A stretch of 64,000 nt of DNA from Orbicella franksi (taxonomy: Eukaryota). The translations under genes and the position numbers were made by a program. The notes under the pieces were generated by a model. That model ran no database searches. It saw only the letters and a program-made list of their open reading frames with translations, and was not told the DNA's origin. Below, one piece after another: positions 25,924 through 39,645 of this stretch (its first letter is position 1; the number at the start of each line of letters is the position of its first letter). Location: the NCBI GenBank assembly GCA_964199315.1, contig OZ116705.1:30132001-30196000 (forward strand). Reading direction: 5' to 3'.

Positions 25924-28900
25924 TTTGAAAAGCAATACGAGTTTGTTTAGAACCGACTTTTTCGGCGTCATGGTAACGTGACGTCATCGCTTTAGGACTC
26001 TATTCTGTTTCTTCATTTCTTTAGGCATTTCAAAAGCAACTGCATTTTTGACGCGCCAGTCGTACCAAATCTCTCCTATTTGAAAGAGTTCTCGGTTTCT
26101 TCCAATTTTTTCAGGGGAACATGAGTGCAGAATTAGTATCGTACCCTTTTACATCCGTTATTTTCCATCAAATTGAATGCGGGGAAAATGGTAAAATACA
26201 AGATGGCGTCTCCAAGACAACCGAAGTCAACATCAACAAAAACATATCCTGTTGTACAGAAAGTTGAGGGATACCTACAAGATGCAAATGATATGATGTT
26301 GATATGTCTTACTAAAACGAAAACCCACGGGAGGTACATCGATATGAGTTTCCTTTTTCTTCCGAAGATTAAATAATATTTCAGAATATCACCGTGAGCG
26401 TTGCGAAAATTATCTTTTCGACTTCAGTTAGAAGACCACTGATTATTTTTGTTCCTTTTTTTTTTTGCAGTACATCAATACATCCGGTGCGCGAGTTTGT
26501 TTAAAAGAGTTGTACGACACAAAGTATGATCCACTGTCTATCTCATACACTGTCCTTTCAGGTACGGACAAAATAATTAATCGTTAATTTTACTAATGTC
26601 TCGTTCAGTAGTTTAGCTCATTTAGTATTCATATTTTAGTAACTTCTGTCACTTACGCTGTTAAAAATAAGATTTTATCAGGCAATTTCTTGAATTTGAT
26701 TGTTGTTCATAACAAATGACGTCCAGTGTTTCAGTCAGGAGTAAAATGCCAAAACATGTGGAGGTTTTTCAGACAAATGAAGAGCAACTATTTCCTTTAA
26801 AAACACTCAAGACATTCGTAATGATCTCTCTTACTTTTTAAGGATTTATGTTTGTTTACATCTACAGACATTTGCCAGCCAGGATGGACTTACTTTGGTG
26901 GTTATTGCTACTTTTCAAGCCCCGCATGCGCCACATGGTTGACCGCTGAGTCAAACTGTTCTGATATGAACTCTGATCTGGTTACAGTGCACAACCAGGA
27001 GGAAAACGTATTTATTCAGCACCGTCATGCTGGCGATAGATCATGGATAGGGCTGAATGACCGCAGTGTTGAAGGCTCTTTTGTGTGGACAAACAAAGAA
27101 ATTAGCAGTTTTAGGTTCTGGGCTCCAAAGCAACCAAACAACTGGAACAACGAAGACTGTGTGCACACTCTTGGAGTGAGGCATGGATACACTTGGAATG
27201 ACGTGCCATGCGATAACTGCTTCAACTTTACTTGTTTTGCAGGTGATAAATCTGTTGTAATCTTCTAATAAAAAATAGGAGACTTTCCAGAATTTAGCCA
27301 GGAATAATCTTGCGCGCTCCAAAAGGTTCCATGGTTCACTTTCAAAACAATTTCTTACAAGCCAGTACTTAAAACATTATTCGTGTATTTGATGACTATT
27401 TCATTTTTTCCTTATTTAATTTTGCAGATCTAGAGGAATGCTCCACCAACACTCATAACTGTGACGTGAATGCTGATTGTGTGAATACCGTGGGCTCATA
27501 TTCTTGTAAGTGTAGAGCTGGATATACCGGAGACGGAAAACCTTGCAATGGTAAGAAATCTACCAACCGACCATCAAACAAACAACATTAGATGTTGATA
27601 CTGAATTTAATAACAATATCAACAACTGTGAAATTTCTCCACCATTGATAGGCTTAGAAAAAACTGTAACCAACTGCACTTGTGCAATAAGAAAGCTAAT
27701 AGAAAAAAGGTTCAACCCTGTAATAACTTTATTTTTCTAACAGTTTCGAAGCCGGCGCCAGTGGCTTCGAGCCTGGGTAATATAAATCATCTAAAAGCAG
27801 AGAGTGAGTCAGAGGGTGTGGAAAGTAAAATTAATCGTTTTTTTGTTAAAATATTCTGCGCTTACTGTAAATTTTCGACGAACTGTTCTCAAGCTGTATG
27901 CTTCTTTTTTAGTTTTGGTGAAATGGTCAGACTAACGATAACTCAAAGTTTGTCCATATTTACTCCTTTAATCTTGTTTTAGACATAGATGAGTGCTCTT
28001 CAAACTCTCATAGCTGTGATGTGAATGCTGTTTGTAACAATACTCGTGGATCTTACACTTGCGCTTGCAAACTTGGATACTCAGGAGATGGCAAAACTTG
28101 CTCTGGTAAGTTATATCTGCTTAACAAGAACTACAAAATCTGATGATTGAAGAAAAAAAAAAACTGCGAGAGGACACCACATGAAAATCAGGCTATTCGC
28201 CAAGAGTGTGGGACAAGACTTTTCTGGTCCTAATTTTTTCCATTTTCAAGTTGCATTTTTATTAAAACAAGCCTCATACGCAGAATCTTGTTGATGCATT
28301 TATTTAAAACTTCTCTTTAAATGAAATGATGAAATTGCTTATAGCACACGACAGGTGTAGTTGCTAAAACTTGACCGAAAAGGATCATCTGAAGGCACTA
28401 TAAGCCACACTGGGGCAGAAATCTGAAAATTGCAAAAATTGATACCCAGGACGAAAAAGCAGTCCTTTACAATCCCAAATCTTTTGATATGCAAACATGT
28501 TCTGTTGACCAGGAACAGCAATATGGCTTCCATGACAACGCTCTACAACAAGGGTTACTTCCCTTGAGAGGTTTTATTAATAAACATGGTGAACCTTTAA
28601 TCACGACACGTACCACCAAATTTACGATAAAGTACTTTTAAAGTACTACCAACGAAAACTCCTTACTTCAGAACATAAAACACTTTTTGCGGCGACAAAG
28701 TACAAGATAATTTATGTTTGTTTTCTTCCTCTGCCCTGTTCATTATTACCCACAGATATCGATGAGTGTGTCAGCGGTGTACACGACTGCCACCGTTCAG
28801 CTTCATGTACGAACACTGTAGGATCCTACACATGTACGTGTAACCATCCTTTATCAGGAGACGGAAAAACCTGCAGGTACACCGCGGCAGGTGAGTAGTT

Positions 28901-31900
28901 CACGTTAATTGTGCTTCAATTCAGGTAGCAGTGGTTAGAATTAAGTTCAACTTGTCCACCAAATATGAGGTCAATAAAACAAACAAAAAACTGAGATTTC
29001 TTCTTCATTGCTTTCTTTTGTTGGATGGTTTGGAGAAAAGCAATTCGCCAAAACTACTTCGTGAATGGTTCATCTCAGCCGCCGATGTTGCAAATTCGAA
29101 CCGCTCAGGAAACCAATCAGAATTCTCCTTTCCATCTTTCATCAGTTTGCCATATTGGAAGGACTGTTATATTTGCAATTAGAAAATAAACGACTTAGTA
29201 ATGTTGTTTGCTACCTTCTCGCTACTACAGACACACTTTGACATTAACATTAATCACACTTAGAAAGGACAGGGGTGAGCTACAGCCCACGTGGACCTTA
29301 ACCATTAAAAACATATTTCAAAATTTAAATATTTACAAAAGCTGTCAAATTTCGTGATATTACTTACCGCTGGTTTTGCCATTGAGAATTCTGACGTCGG
29401 CGCTGAGCTTTGGTAATGATATAACGTTTTCCTGACAAATACCATCCTAATATTTTCCTGTTCAGGATTTTAAGAGTATTGATCTCTGCGACCCAAAATG
29501 TAGGAACTTGATATTCCAGATAACAAATATTTTAAGTTGCACGGTGGCATATAACGACCACATATAAAATATGTTTCCGAAAAAACAGTACATCCAGTTT
29601 AGTTAGCGTCACATTTACGGTGGAAGCCGAATGATGGTCACCCTATAACTGGTTTCAACATGGTCCACTAAAACAAATGCTAGGTACAAAATGGATGCAA
29701 CGAACGTTCTGATATGTTATTTTTGCAGCGGGTCTTAAATATTCCAGCATTGTGGGAAACAGCCAGAATTTTTTGACATGGCTGGATAAATGGTTAAAGC
29801 CTGTGACTCGCCAATCTTCTTACTGGAATCGCTGTTACCAGACAACTGTAAATGGCTGGTCTTCCTCTACCTTCCATTCAAAGTGTGACGGCAAAGGTCC
29901 AACTGTCACAATCATCCGTGTTGGAAAATATATTTTTGGAGGATACACAAGTGTCTCATGGAGTAAGTGACATGATCAATTTCATCATATCACAGGCCAC
30001 CCAAGCTCAAGCTGTGAGTCAGCCATGATCATATTTCACAATAGCAGTCAAGGAGAAATATGGGAAAAGAGTTTTAAAAAGAATTTTAAAAAAGGAATAT
30101 TTACAATATGATGTGGGATAGTTAAGTGCTGGAAAATTCTTAACCAGATGCCTTATCTTACTTCCATGGTGTATTACTTGCTGTGTTTACGTGCCTCTAT
30201 TCTGATTCGCGACGGTTTTAGGGAGATATCGGGATGGAAGAACTTTATAGGAAGCGGTACAACGGCTTCGAATCATTAAGGAAGGAAACAAAGAAGGTTA
30301 ATACCAAAGAAAGGCAAATAAGTCAATGATACAAGAATTTTTCTGGATAACTCATCGAGATAAACAGGTCGATGGAAACACTTGCATTTTTTAAAAACGC
30401 CTTGGTGTTCCTGGCTAACTGACAGCTTTACAGCTCGATATTAATTTTATGAAATTTATAAAACAGGGCATGGAAATTATGTTCAGTCTGGAATGGGAGC
30501 AGCTGTTTCCAGTCTGCCACCAGACTTGCTTATCCCAGAATTGAAATTATTAAAACCTCAGGAGACATTTAACATACAGGAACCAGAAAACTAAAGATTA
30601 ACACTACAAGAAATAATGCCGAGCTACGAACAGTAGTAAAATTTTGTAAGCCAATCAAGTTAACGTTGTCGGTAATACGTCATTAATGTTGGACTTCTTT
30701 TCCATTGTGTATTTCCAATTAGGCTCCAGTTGTGGATATCGCTACGATTCAGCAGCCTTTCTCTTCTCATTGGTTAACAAGCCTGGTTGGCAGCCACTAA
30801 AGCTAGATCAAACAGGAAGCCATTCCATCTACAGCTGCTCTGATCGTGGACCGACGTTTGGAGGAGGACACGATATATACATTGTAAACAACGCTGCATC
30901 AAGCACCAGCTCATACTCAAACCTTGGACACGACTATGGTCCGCCAGCTGGCAACAGCTATGGATCCTCCTTCACAGGATCATTCCTGGGGGGTAGTTAC
31001 TACTTCCGACCTGACGAAGTCGAAGTCTTCTACGAAACCACCTGAGGAAATCGCGGAACTTGGATTCTTAGTTTTACACACCTTGCTCAGTAAAATTAAA
31101 CCTTTGCAAATATAAAAGGATTTATACCAACTGTTGGTAAATTATAGAAGCGCAATATAATCAGAAAATTTCAATATCACCCATGATGTGTCAATCAATA
31201 GGTCAGTACAAAATCGAGTAGTCACGTATCCTTAGTCTAAGATAAACAGTTTACTTTGAGCGGCTTACTTGTTTGGTAATTGGCATTAAAGGATAGTTTT
31301 ATGGCTCCGTGTTATAACAAGCTATAACGTTTGCCGAGCTAATGACTTCTGCGAGAACTGAATTTTCTTTAAGACGTTCACCTCAGTCACGGTAACGCGG
31401 CGATAGGAGTAATGTTTCTCATTAGAATTTCTTACTCTATTGTTTAATTAATACATATATTGTTTCTCCACCAATCGAATAAAAGTAGATAACGCGTGTG
31501 TGTGTCCAGAGTAAAACCTTAGCGGCCGAATGAAAAAAAATTAACGTTAACTGACTAAACTGAATTCGAAGTTTTGCTCGATAAATCCGCTGACATCTTG
31601 AGTAAAATTTGGGCATCAGTCTTTCTGGTTTCACAAATTATAGTCTGTAGTTGCTGAACTACATGTGGCTCAGTAAAAAAATGAACAAGGTAGTAGTTTA
31701 TAGTCACGCTATAACCGTGAAATTATCTTAAGAAGGAGAATCTTGATGCTGAGTTTCAATTGATTGAATTCCACGAACATCATACTAGGATAAGTTCCAA
31801 GTTACAGGATTCCAGCTGGTTTTGATTTATTATTTTATTCAAGTAAAGGGGATTTAGAAAAAGGATATTGAGAAAGTATGATAGAGTAAGCATTTTTTTT

Positions 31901-32479
31901 TCTAGTAATTATGAATTGTCTTTTGAGAGTGCTAACGTAGAAAATAAATACAAGTGTCAGACACACCGTTATAAAAGCTTGTAACAATAAAATAGAGCAG
32001 GGTGAAAATAATGCGTTGTTTTGTGTTTGTGTTCGTTCTTATATAGGGGGAAAGAAATCTTTTTTTATCACTGTTATTGTGAATTGCCAAAGTCTAATTG
32101 CCTCTGTGAAACGCGCCTTTAGGGAAATCATGGTAGTTGTATTTAAAGTTTGCAATGAAGTCTTGAACTTGTTTCGGGACAACATATGGAAACAACTCTT
32201 CATTCGGTGATCATAGTGATCACTGTACCAACAATCGCTGAGATAGACCTCAATTCTATCTCAGCGATCGTAGCGCGATGGTTGACCATGTAATTTATCG
32301 CCAAGTGTTCTTAACTTTTATACCAAGTAAAAGTTTAAAACTTCTTTTATTTTAAATTTTGCATCAAAACTTGCTTACGACTTAACAACAAGTTCAAACT
32401 CAATTTTGACTCGGTTTGCTTTCGACCTGCGCCAGAAGTTTGAAGCCGTTACTGAAAGAACGAGATTGTACGAGATTGT

Positions 32480-32720
32480 TTACGGCCTAAAATCGCCAAA
32501 GAATCCCATAGCTCGGAGAATTCAGATTGGTTGCCAAGGCGAGGTTTTTAGCGTGGGATTGCGACTCTTGAAAGCAAAGCCTTGCGTGATATTGCACTGA
32601 AGTAACCTTTTAATCATGTTTTTAAAACCATTGTCGCCGTCTACAAAGCCTAAAACAAACTCAAGTCTCTTTTAAAGTGGAAGTGAAGTTTAATTCTCCC
32701 TGCTTTGAACTGAACTCATA
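32480..32720 (+). repeat. Fragment of the intron-2 interspersed repeat in the central spacer
   Basis: gattggttgccaaggcgagg...gcgactcttgaaagc...ccttgcgtgatattgcac...ctccctgctttgaactgaa matches 16640-16850 and the reverse complement of ~62570-62770. Confidence 0.65.
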
Positions 32721-33769
32721 ATTCTTTGAGCTGAGATTATAGATTCAAGATCCAGCATCATTGCTTCTGAGCCATTATCGCCCTCTGTACCTCGGTCGAG
32801 TCTTTCTGATGTTTATTCCTAACCATTTCGAACTCTTTAAAGGCTTGTTTTGGTTCTAGGTACAGAAGTTTGCTGTCTATTAGAGAACCAGGACAAACAT
32901 CGGCATGCTCAAAAAATTACATTCTTATACTTTACTAGCCCCATAGAATATGCAAATGACCAAAGCACACTCAATACCAAAAAATACTCTGGGGAGTGGA
33001 AAAGAGGCAATTTCTAAGTAGTTTTGTCAAAGGGCCACTTGCCTCAACTACTCTGTGAGAGAGTTTAAATGCTCCCTCTCTCACCCCGAACACGAAGTTA
33101 ACAACTTTTACCGTTAGTATGTTGTCATATCGTGTCCAACAGACAAAAATATTGACATCTTGAGAGCCACGTTTTCGATCAGGAATTAGCATTTCGCTTA
33201 CTTGAAGCTCCTTTCCCGCTTTTCCAATATTCTTTGGACTTCGCACTAAAAATATACGTTAAAAAAATGATTGATTTTTGGAACTTTACCCAACAGGGCT
33301 TCATTCGTACCGAATTTGACAAAATTCAAAATTTTTGTTATCTGGTGTGGTACTGTTTTATTATGTTGTACTTAGTTTGTCCATATACCCTCCAGTGTGT
33401 CTTGAGTTCGTTGAGATCGCCAGCTTAGCGAATTATTAACCCGCCGCGTGGGACCACGCACACTAAAACACAGCGGGGTGTAGCTGGGGAACGGAAGAAA
33501 AACGTCTGTGTACAGATTATGTTCTACAAGGTGATTCTAACTTTTATGTCTCTGGATGAAACCCTAGTTAGTGTGTGACAATTCAATAACTAGCTATTGA
33601 ACAGAACTTTCAAGTGGTGTTTATTACGCCGTGTCAAGTTTTTCACACTTTGCTTGTCAGCCATTGACGAACAAACAATCGTAAATAGTGCACAACAGAG
33701 TTTTAAGTCATTGGGCCCCTTTTCCTACACGCATGCGCTTCTGTACTCAAGCAAATTGTTAATAAATAT

Positions 33770-33988
33770 GGGTTGTTGACCAAGTGTGAGGTCAAGATGG
33801 CTGGATATTGGCCAAGTTCCTTTTTTGCGTGTTTATGGACCGAGACGATGTCGAGGTACATAAACTCGCAAAAAATTAAAAGAACGTGGCCAATATCAAG
33901 CCATCTTGGTCAATAAAGGATTCATTATATGGCTTTCGGGGAAATTTTTCTTGCGGGACACGGCGGGTAGTCCTAAGCGGGCAAGATA

Positions 33989-34019
<31 letters not shown>

Positions 34020-34070
34020 CAGCGCAGGATTTGATTTATCTTGACCGCTGACGGAGCTAACCATATAATA
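33770..34070. repeat. Multi-hairpin non-autonomous repeat (MITE-like)
   Basis: Inverted repeats 33793-33813/33888-33908, 33976-33987/33994-34005 and 33924-33932/34061-34069. It resembles an abundant scleractinian repeat (from memory, not searched). Confidence 0.55.
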
Positions 34071-35089
34071 AATTACGTATACCTTACTCTTTAGTTACAG
34101 TAAATTCACCGAGTGTTTGTGGTTATGTATTTACATGTGTCTAGGTCAATGTATACCAGTGTAGCGTTCGGTTGGCGACACTGTACTTTCGTCATTTGCT
34201 GTGCTACATTGGAATATTTGCTGTCTTTCCCACGGTCAATGAAGTTGTGTTGATTTATTCGAGCTATTGCGGTCGAGCCTTGCAACTTCATTCTCACAGA
34301 GAAGTTGAATCGCCGAGAAAAGCAGCTGACTCCTAAAGGACGACACAGATCACAAATCGATATGTTACCCACGCAGTTTCGGAGAAAATACAGCACTACA
34401 CAGCTTTCTGGTGCTTGGATAAGTACCTTTAAGCATTTTAGCTTGTAATAGTTCGAATAAATCAACACAACTTCACTAACATTGGGGAAAACTGCGACGA
34501 TTCCTACGTAGGACAAAGAACGAAGAAAAGCAGGTGGAAATGCACGGGTAGCACCTCATGTAAGACCTCACCATTATTCAAAGCGAGGCATCACATCAGA
34601 CCGAGGCTATGTGTGCCACAATGCCAGTCCAAAATGGCGTCCAAACTATGAAATCATCTGGCATCGCGGAAAATCGCGGGACATAAACCTACGGGAACGA
34701 CCCGATTAGTATGCGTTCTCCTAACGTCGAACGCGATTAAAGGCTGTTAGACCTAGCCGGGTTCGTACCACGCAAGGTCACACTTATATATATATCTCAC
34801 AAAGCGTAGGGCTTTTTTCGTTGGCTTTTGTCGCATACATATCACAGAATAGCTAGGGGGGCAAAAGTGCAGCTGAACATGGAGTGGTAAGGGGTTCTTG
34901 GGTCACAGAGGACACTCCTACCAAAAAACGCATAGTGTACCCACCCACACGCCCCCCCCCCCCACCACACCCACATCTTGATGTTAAAGTTTGTGTTCCT
35001 GCTGGAAAAATTTGCATGTATTCAAGTCGTACAAGCTTACAGACCTTTCTCATTCCATTTCACTCAAGGTTTCTTATGAGACACTTCTT

Positions 35090-35280
35090 TTCCAATGTGG
35101 AACCGCTTGTCTCTATAAATATTGCACGTAAAATACAAGGACCCACACACTGATCGAAAAGAGTAGGGGACGTAGTTCCCTGTGTGGTGGTCTATCTCTC
35201 ATCTAATAGTTAAATGTTCGGAGATATTGGCTGCGTAAGCTATTCTGAAATCCGAGGGTAAATAAAGTAAATATGTATGA
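35090..35280 (+). repeat. Possible SINE 3' fragment
   Basis: cccacacactgatcgaaaagagtaggggacgtagttccctgtgtggtggtct followed by an aaataaagtaaa / tgtatgattgtatgt tail. This resembles cnidarian SINE bodies; recalled similarity only. Confidence 0.3.
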
Positions 35281-38200
35281 TTGTATGTACATCAAAATAA
35301 GTAGCCTCTTTTGCAAGCGTTTTCAGTATTGATCCAAAAAATCTCGCGTGTATTCCAACAAGCTCACAGGGTTTTATTTTCCCTTTGTTATCTTTTCAGT
35401 CTGGAAGCAAAATTGTCAACAAAAGACAGGGTAAAAAACCAAGTATATGGATATTTCTTTCCAAGTCTGTATGCATTTCGCATCCCACTCAGAGTTCAGA
35501 TCAGTTCAGATGTACTAAAATAAACAGGACAAGTATACAGAACACAACTTTAACATAAAGTTAGCTCGATGTCAGTTGAACGTGGACGACTGAATTACCG
35601 GACAACTCAACATGAAAAACTTACAGTAAGTGCTATAAACTGCAAAGCTGTTATTACGATATTATTAAAGGACTGGTCAAAAAGTATTTGGGGATGGGCC
35701 GGAGCAGAGAGGGGGTGCGTCATCAGTTTTTGAGCCCTTAGAAAGGGGTGGGTCATTCGATTTTCAGCGACACGTGGGGGTGGGTCATCATATTTTAAAG
35801 CAGGAATAGGCACTTACTTAAAAGTACTGTTTTTAAAAATGGAAAGCTTGCTTCTGCTGCAAAAGTTGGCCACGCATTTACATGGAAAGCGTTGCAGCGT
35901 TACCGATGAGTAATTTATTTTTGAACGCATTTAAATTACATCTAACCGAAATTAAAACGATAAAAAAACCTCTCTTTTATGTCTTTTTTTAACATATAAA
36001 AAGTATGAATTGTAGACAATATGAAAGGAGTGCCTTTTTTGCATTTCACAGCTATATAGTTCCTTCTACGGGACTACAAATTAAAGCAACTTAAATTTAC
36101 CATGGTTTATAAGCAAGAACTGTAACTGGCTATTATGTATTTCTCATCGTGAACTTTTCATAATTGTTAAAATTACCGAAAAAAATCATTTCTGTACTGT
36201 TCCATAAACTCTGCCTGCTCAACCGTCATCAGTTTCTCTTGCTCTTCAACTTCAGCTATGCTACCTTCTCCGCTGTCTTGATCACAGCCACATGAAATAA
36301 CGAAAGATTTGAATTTCTTGAAATTCGGCCAGAATTAATGAAGCCCTTCGGGCACTAGTTACAAAAATATTGGGTTAAGTTCCAACAATCGATCATTTTT
36401 GTAATGATTTTATTTTATTTTCCACGCCCCAAATCGGCCAAAATCAACCGAACTGAGCGGTATATATTCAGAAGCACGTAAACTCGAAAGTAGAGATTAT
36501 TATTGAAAATTTATTGTAGGTCGTATTTGTACTTCCGTTCTTGTGTATTTAGAGCTAAATAAATCGTGATTTGATTAAAAATAAATATTTCACGTAATTT
36601 TGAAAACTAATTACACAAGACAGCTAAACGAGAGCTCTTCAATTAGCCTTTTTCAGATTTCTCAAAGTACAGTGTTATACTCTTTTTCTTCGAAACTCCG
36701 CGTTCAAATACAATGCTGATAAATCTCCAATTCATTTTTTTTTTTTGCTCTCTCCTTCACATTGCTAAATCTTTAACTGAAAAGAAAAAGGTTCGTGTGG
36801 CGGAATTTCTAGTTTATCCAATAAATCGTGACAGTAGATAATCATGGTATATATGTATTCAACAAAACAAGTTCAAGACTTGATTGGAAACTTTGAATAC
36901 AACTACCATGATTCCCTAAAGGCAGTATTAACAGAGGCAATTGGACAATGAGAAGTCATAGCAAAAGTAACAAAAAAGATTTCTTTCCGCCTAGATAGGA
37001 ACGAACACAAACAGAAAACAACGCGTTATTTTCACCCTGCTGTATTTTATTGTTACAAGCTTTTATAACTTGTACTTATTTTCTACGTTAGCACTCTCAA
37101 AAGACAATTCATAATTACACAAACCAAAAAAACTGTTTACTCTATCATTACATTCTCAATCTACTTTTTCTAAATTCACTTAACTGGAATAAAATGAGAA
37201 ATCAAAACCAGCTGGAATCCTGTTACTTGGAAACCTATCCTGGTATGATGTTCGCGGAATTTAATCAATTGACACAGAGCAACAAGATTCTCCTTCTTAA
37301 GGGATAATTTCACGGTTCAGCGCATGTACAAGTTATGACATGACCATAAACTACTACCTTGTTCGTTTTTTGCTGAACCACATGTAGTACAACAACTACA
37401 GACTGTGATTCGAAAGAGCAGAATGACTGATACCAAAATTTCACAGAAGATGTCAACGAATTTATTGAGAAAATTTCTATTTTAGTAATGAACATTGAAC
37501 GTTTTTGTTCGGCGCGAAGGATTTAATCTAGACACACTCGTAATCTACTTTTATCCGATTGTTGGATAAACAATTTTGTGTTAATCAAAAACGTACGAAA
37601 GGAATTGTAATGAGAAACATCGCTACTGTCGGCGCGTTTTCGTGACTGACGTGAAAGACTTAAAGGAAAATTCCTTGCAGCAGTCATTAGCTTGGTTAAC
37701 GTTATAGTTTGTTATAACACCGAGCCATAAAACTATCCTTTAATGGCAATTACCAAAGAAGTAAGCCGCTCAAAGTAAACTGTTTATCTTAGACTAAGGA
37801 TACGTGACTACTCGATTTTGTTCTAACCTATTGATTGACATATCCTCGTTGATATTGAAATTTTCTGATTATATTGCGCTTCTATAATTTACCAACAGTT
37901 GGTATAAATCCTTTTATATTTGCAAAGGTTTAATTTTACTGAGCAAGGTGTGTAAAACGAAGAATCCAAGTTCCGCGATTTCCTCAGGTGGTTTCGTAGA
38001 AGACTTCGACTTCGTCAGGTCGGAAGTAGTAACTACCCCCCAGGAATGATCGTGTGAAGGATGACTGATTGCTGTTGCCAGCTGGCGGGCTGTAGGTGTA
38101 TCCAAGGTTTGAGTGTGAGTTGGTGTTTGATGCAGCGTTGTTTGCAAGGTAAATATCGGTTCCTCCTCCAAAGTGTGGACCACGATCATAGCAGCTGTAG

Positions 38201-39645
38201 ATGGAATGGCTTCTGTAATAACTATACTGTCCTGTTTGATCTAGCTTTAGTGGCTGCCAACCAGGCTTGTTCACCAATGAGAAGAGAAAAGCTGCTGAAT
38301 CGTAGTGCCATGAACAACTGTAACCTAATTTGAAATACACAATGGAAGAAGAAGTCCAACATCTGAATGATGTTTACTGACACTTAATGACGTATTACAA
38401 TTTATTTTGTTTGGTTCACAAAATTTTGCCATTATTCTAAGCTCGGCATTATTTCTTGTAGTGTTAATTTTAAGTTCTCTTGTTCCTGTATGTAAAATGT
38501 GTCCTAAGTTTTTCATAATTTCAATTCTCGGATGAGCAAGGCCGGTGGGAGACTGGAAACCACTGCCCCGATTTCTGACTACATTGATTTCCATGCGACA
38601 TTTTATAACTTACGTAAAAATAGTTTTCTCAGCTTTGCATGCATGAAACATCATTCTTCAGATCAAAACCACTCAAATCCATTACTTTGTCGTCTGAAAT
38701 CAGTCATACAACTTATGATACCCAGTTCTGAAAATGCAAGTTTCTATTCGCCTGTTTATCACGATGTGTTAACCAGAAAATTCTCAGTATCATTGACTTA
38801 CTTTCCTTTCTCTGGGTGACCCCTTTTTTCTATTCCCTTCCTTTAATGATTCGAAGCTATTATAGTGAGTTACCGCTTCCTATAAAGGTCTTCCATGCCG
38901 CAGTTTTCTCCCAAAATCGAATGAGTTATGAGATATGTAAACCGAGCAAATTATACATCGTGGAAGTAAGGTAAGCAATTTTGTTAAGAATTTGCCACCT
39001 CTGAAATTTCCTAAACTATATTGTAAAATATTCCATTTTAAAACTTCGTTTTAAAATTCTCTGAGACCGCTATTGTGCAATATGATCATCGCTGACTCAC
39101 AGTTTGAGCTTGGGTGGCCTGTGATAAGATGAAATTGATCATGTCACTTACTCCATGAGACACTTGTGTATCCTCCAAAAATATATTTTCCAACGCGGAA
39201 GATTGTGACAGATGGACCTTTGCCGTCACAGTTTGAGTGGAAGGTAGAGGATGACCAGCCATTTACAGTTGCCTGGTAACAGCGATTCCAGTAAGAAGAT
39301 TGGCGAGTCACAGGCTTTAACCATTTATCCAGCCATGTCAAAAAATTCTGGCTGTTTCCCACAATGCTGGAATATTTAAGACCCGCTTCAAAAATAACAT
39401 ATAAGAATGTTCTTTGCATTAATTTTGTACCTAGCATATGTTTTAATGGGTCATGTGGAAAGCTGGTTTTTGTAAGAATTATTAACACTCTCATCTTCAC
39501 CACTTATAAGGACACCATCTTTACTTGCACCGTAAATGTGACGCTGACAAAAGGTGTATTTGTTAGGCGTATTTATTTGTTACTGTTATTGCCACGGTGC
39601 AACTTAAAAGTGTGGTCAATTTTAATGCCAAAGCGTGTCTGTAGT

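Larger units (their letters stand above)
22388..26001. mobile_element. ISL2EU-type (PIF/Harbinger-related) DNA transposon, 3614 bp
   Basis: ~41-bp imperfect TIRs (AGAGTCCTAAAG-TG/CGA-TGACGTCACGTTACCATG-G/A-CGC-T/C-GAAA). AT duplicated at 22386-7 and 26002-3. The empty site gtaATtctgttt is present in copies A (4675-4686) and D. Two convergent spliced ORFs: THAP-DDE transposase and SWIM-YqaJ exonuclease, the established ISL2EU layout. Confidence 0.88.
15486..31045 (+). pseudogene. Copy B: full 18-exon paralog with open frames but two dead splice donors and a transposon in intron 11 (pseudogene or exon-skipping variant)
   Basis: Exons: 15486-15564 ([26 protein letters not shown], signal peptide), 15832-16187, 18539-18703 (donor TT at 18704-5), 19276-19386, 19754-19879, 20228-20324, 20544-20762, 20890-21266, 21538-21705, 21962-22072, 22266-22382 (donor AT at 22383-4), 26471-26561, 26868-27242, 27428-27550, 27983-28105, 28756-28890, 29729-29962, 30723-31045. 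No in-frame stop was found in any exon. Confidence 0.8.

Noticed and set aside
32971-33246. ORF with MLIPDRKRGSQDVNIF, faintly like a CACTA transposase motif
   Set aside because: Only a few residues match; no other motifs, TIRs or TSD.
34106-34516. 136-aa minus-strand ORF in the spacer
   Set aside because: No recognisable domain or splice context; composition is typical of a chance ORF.
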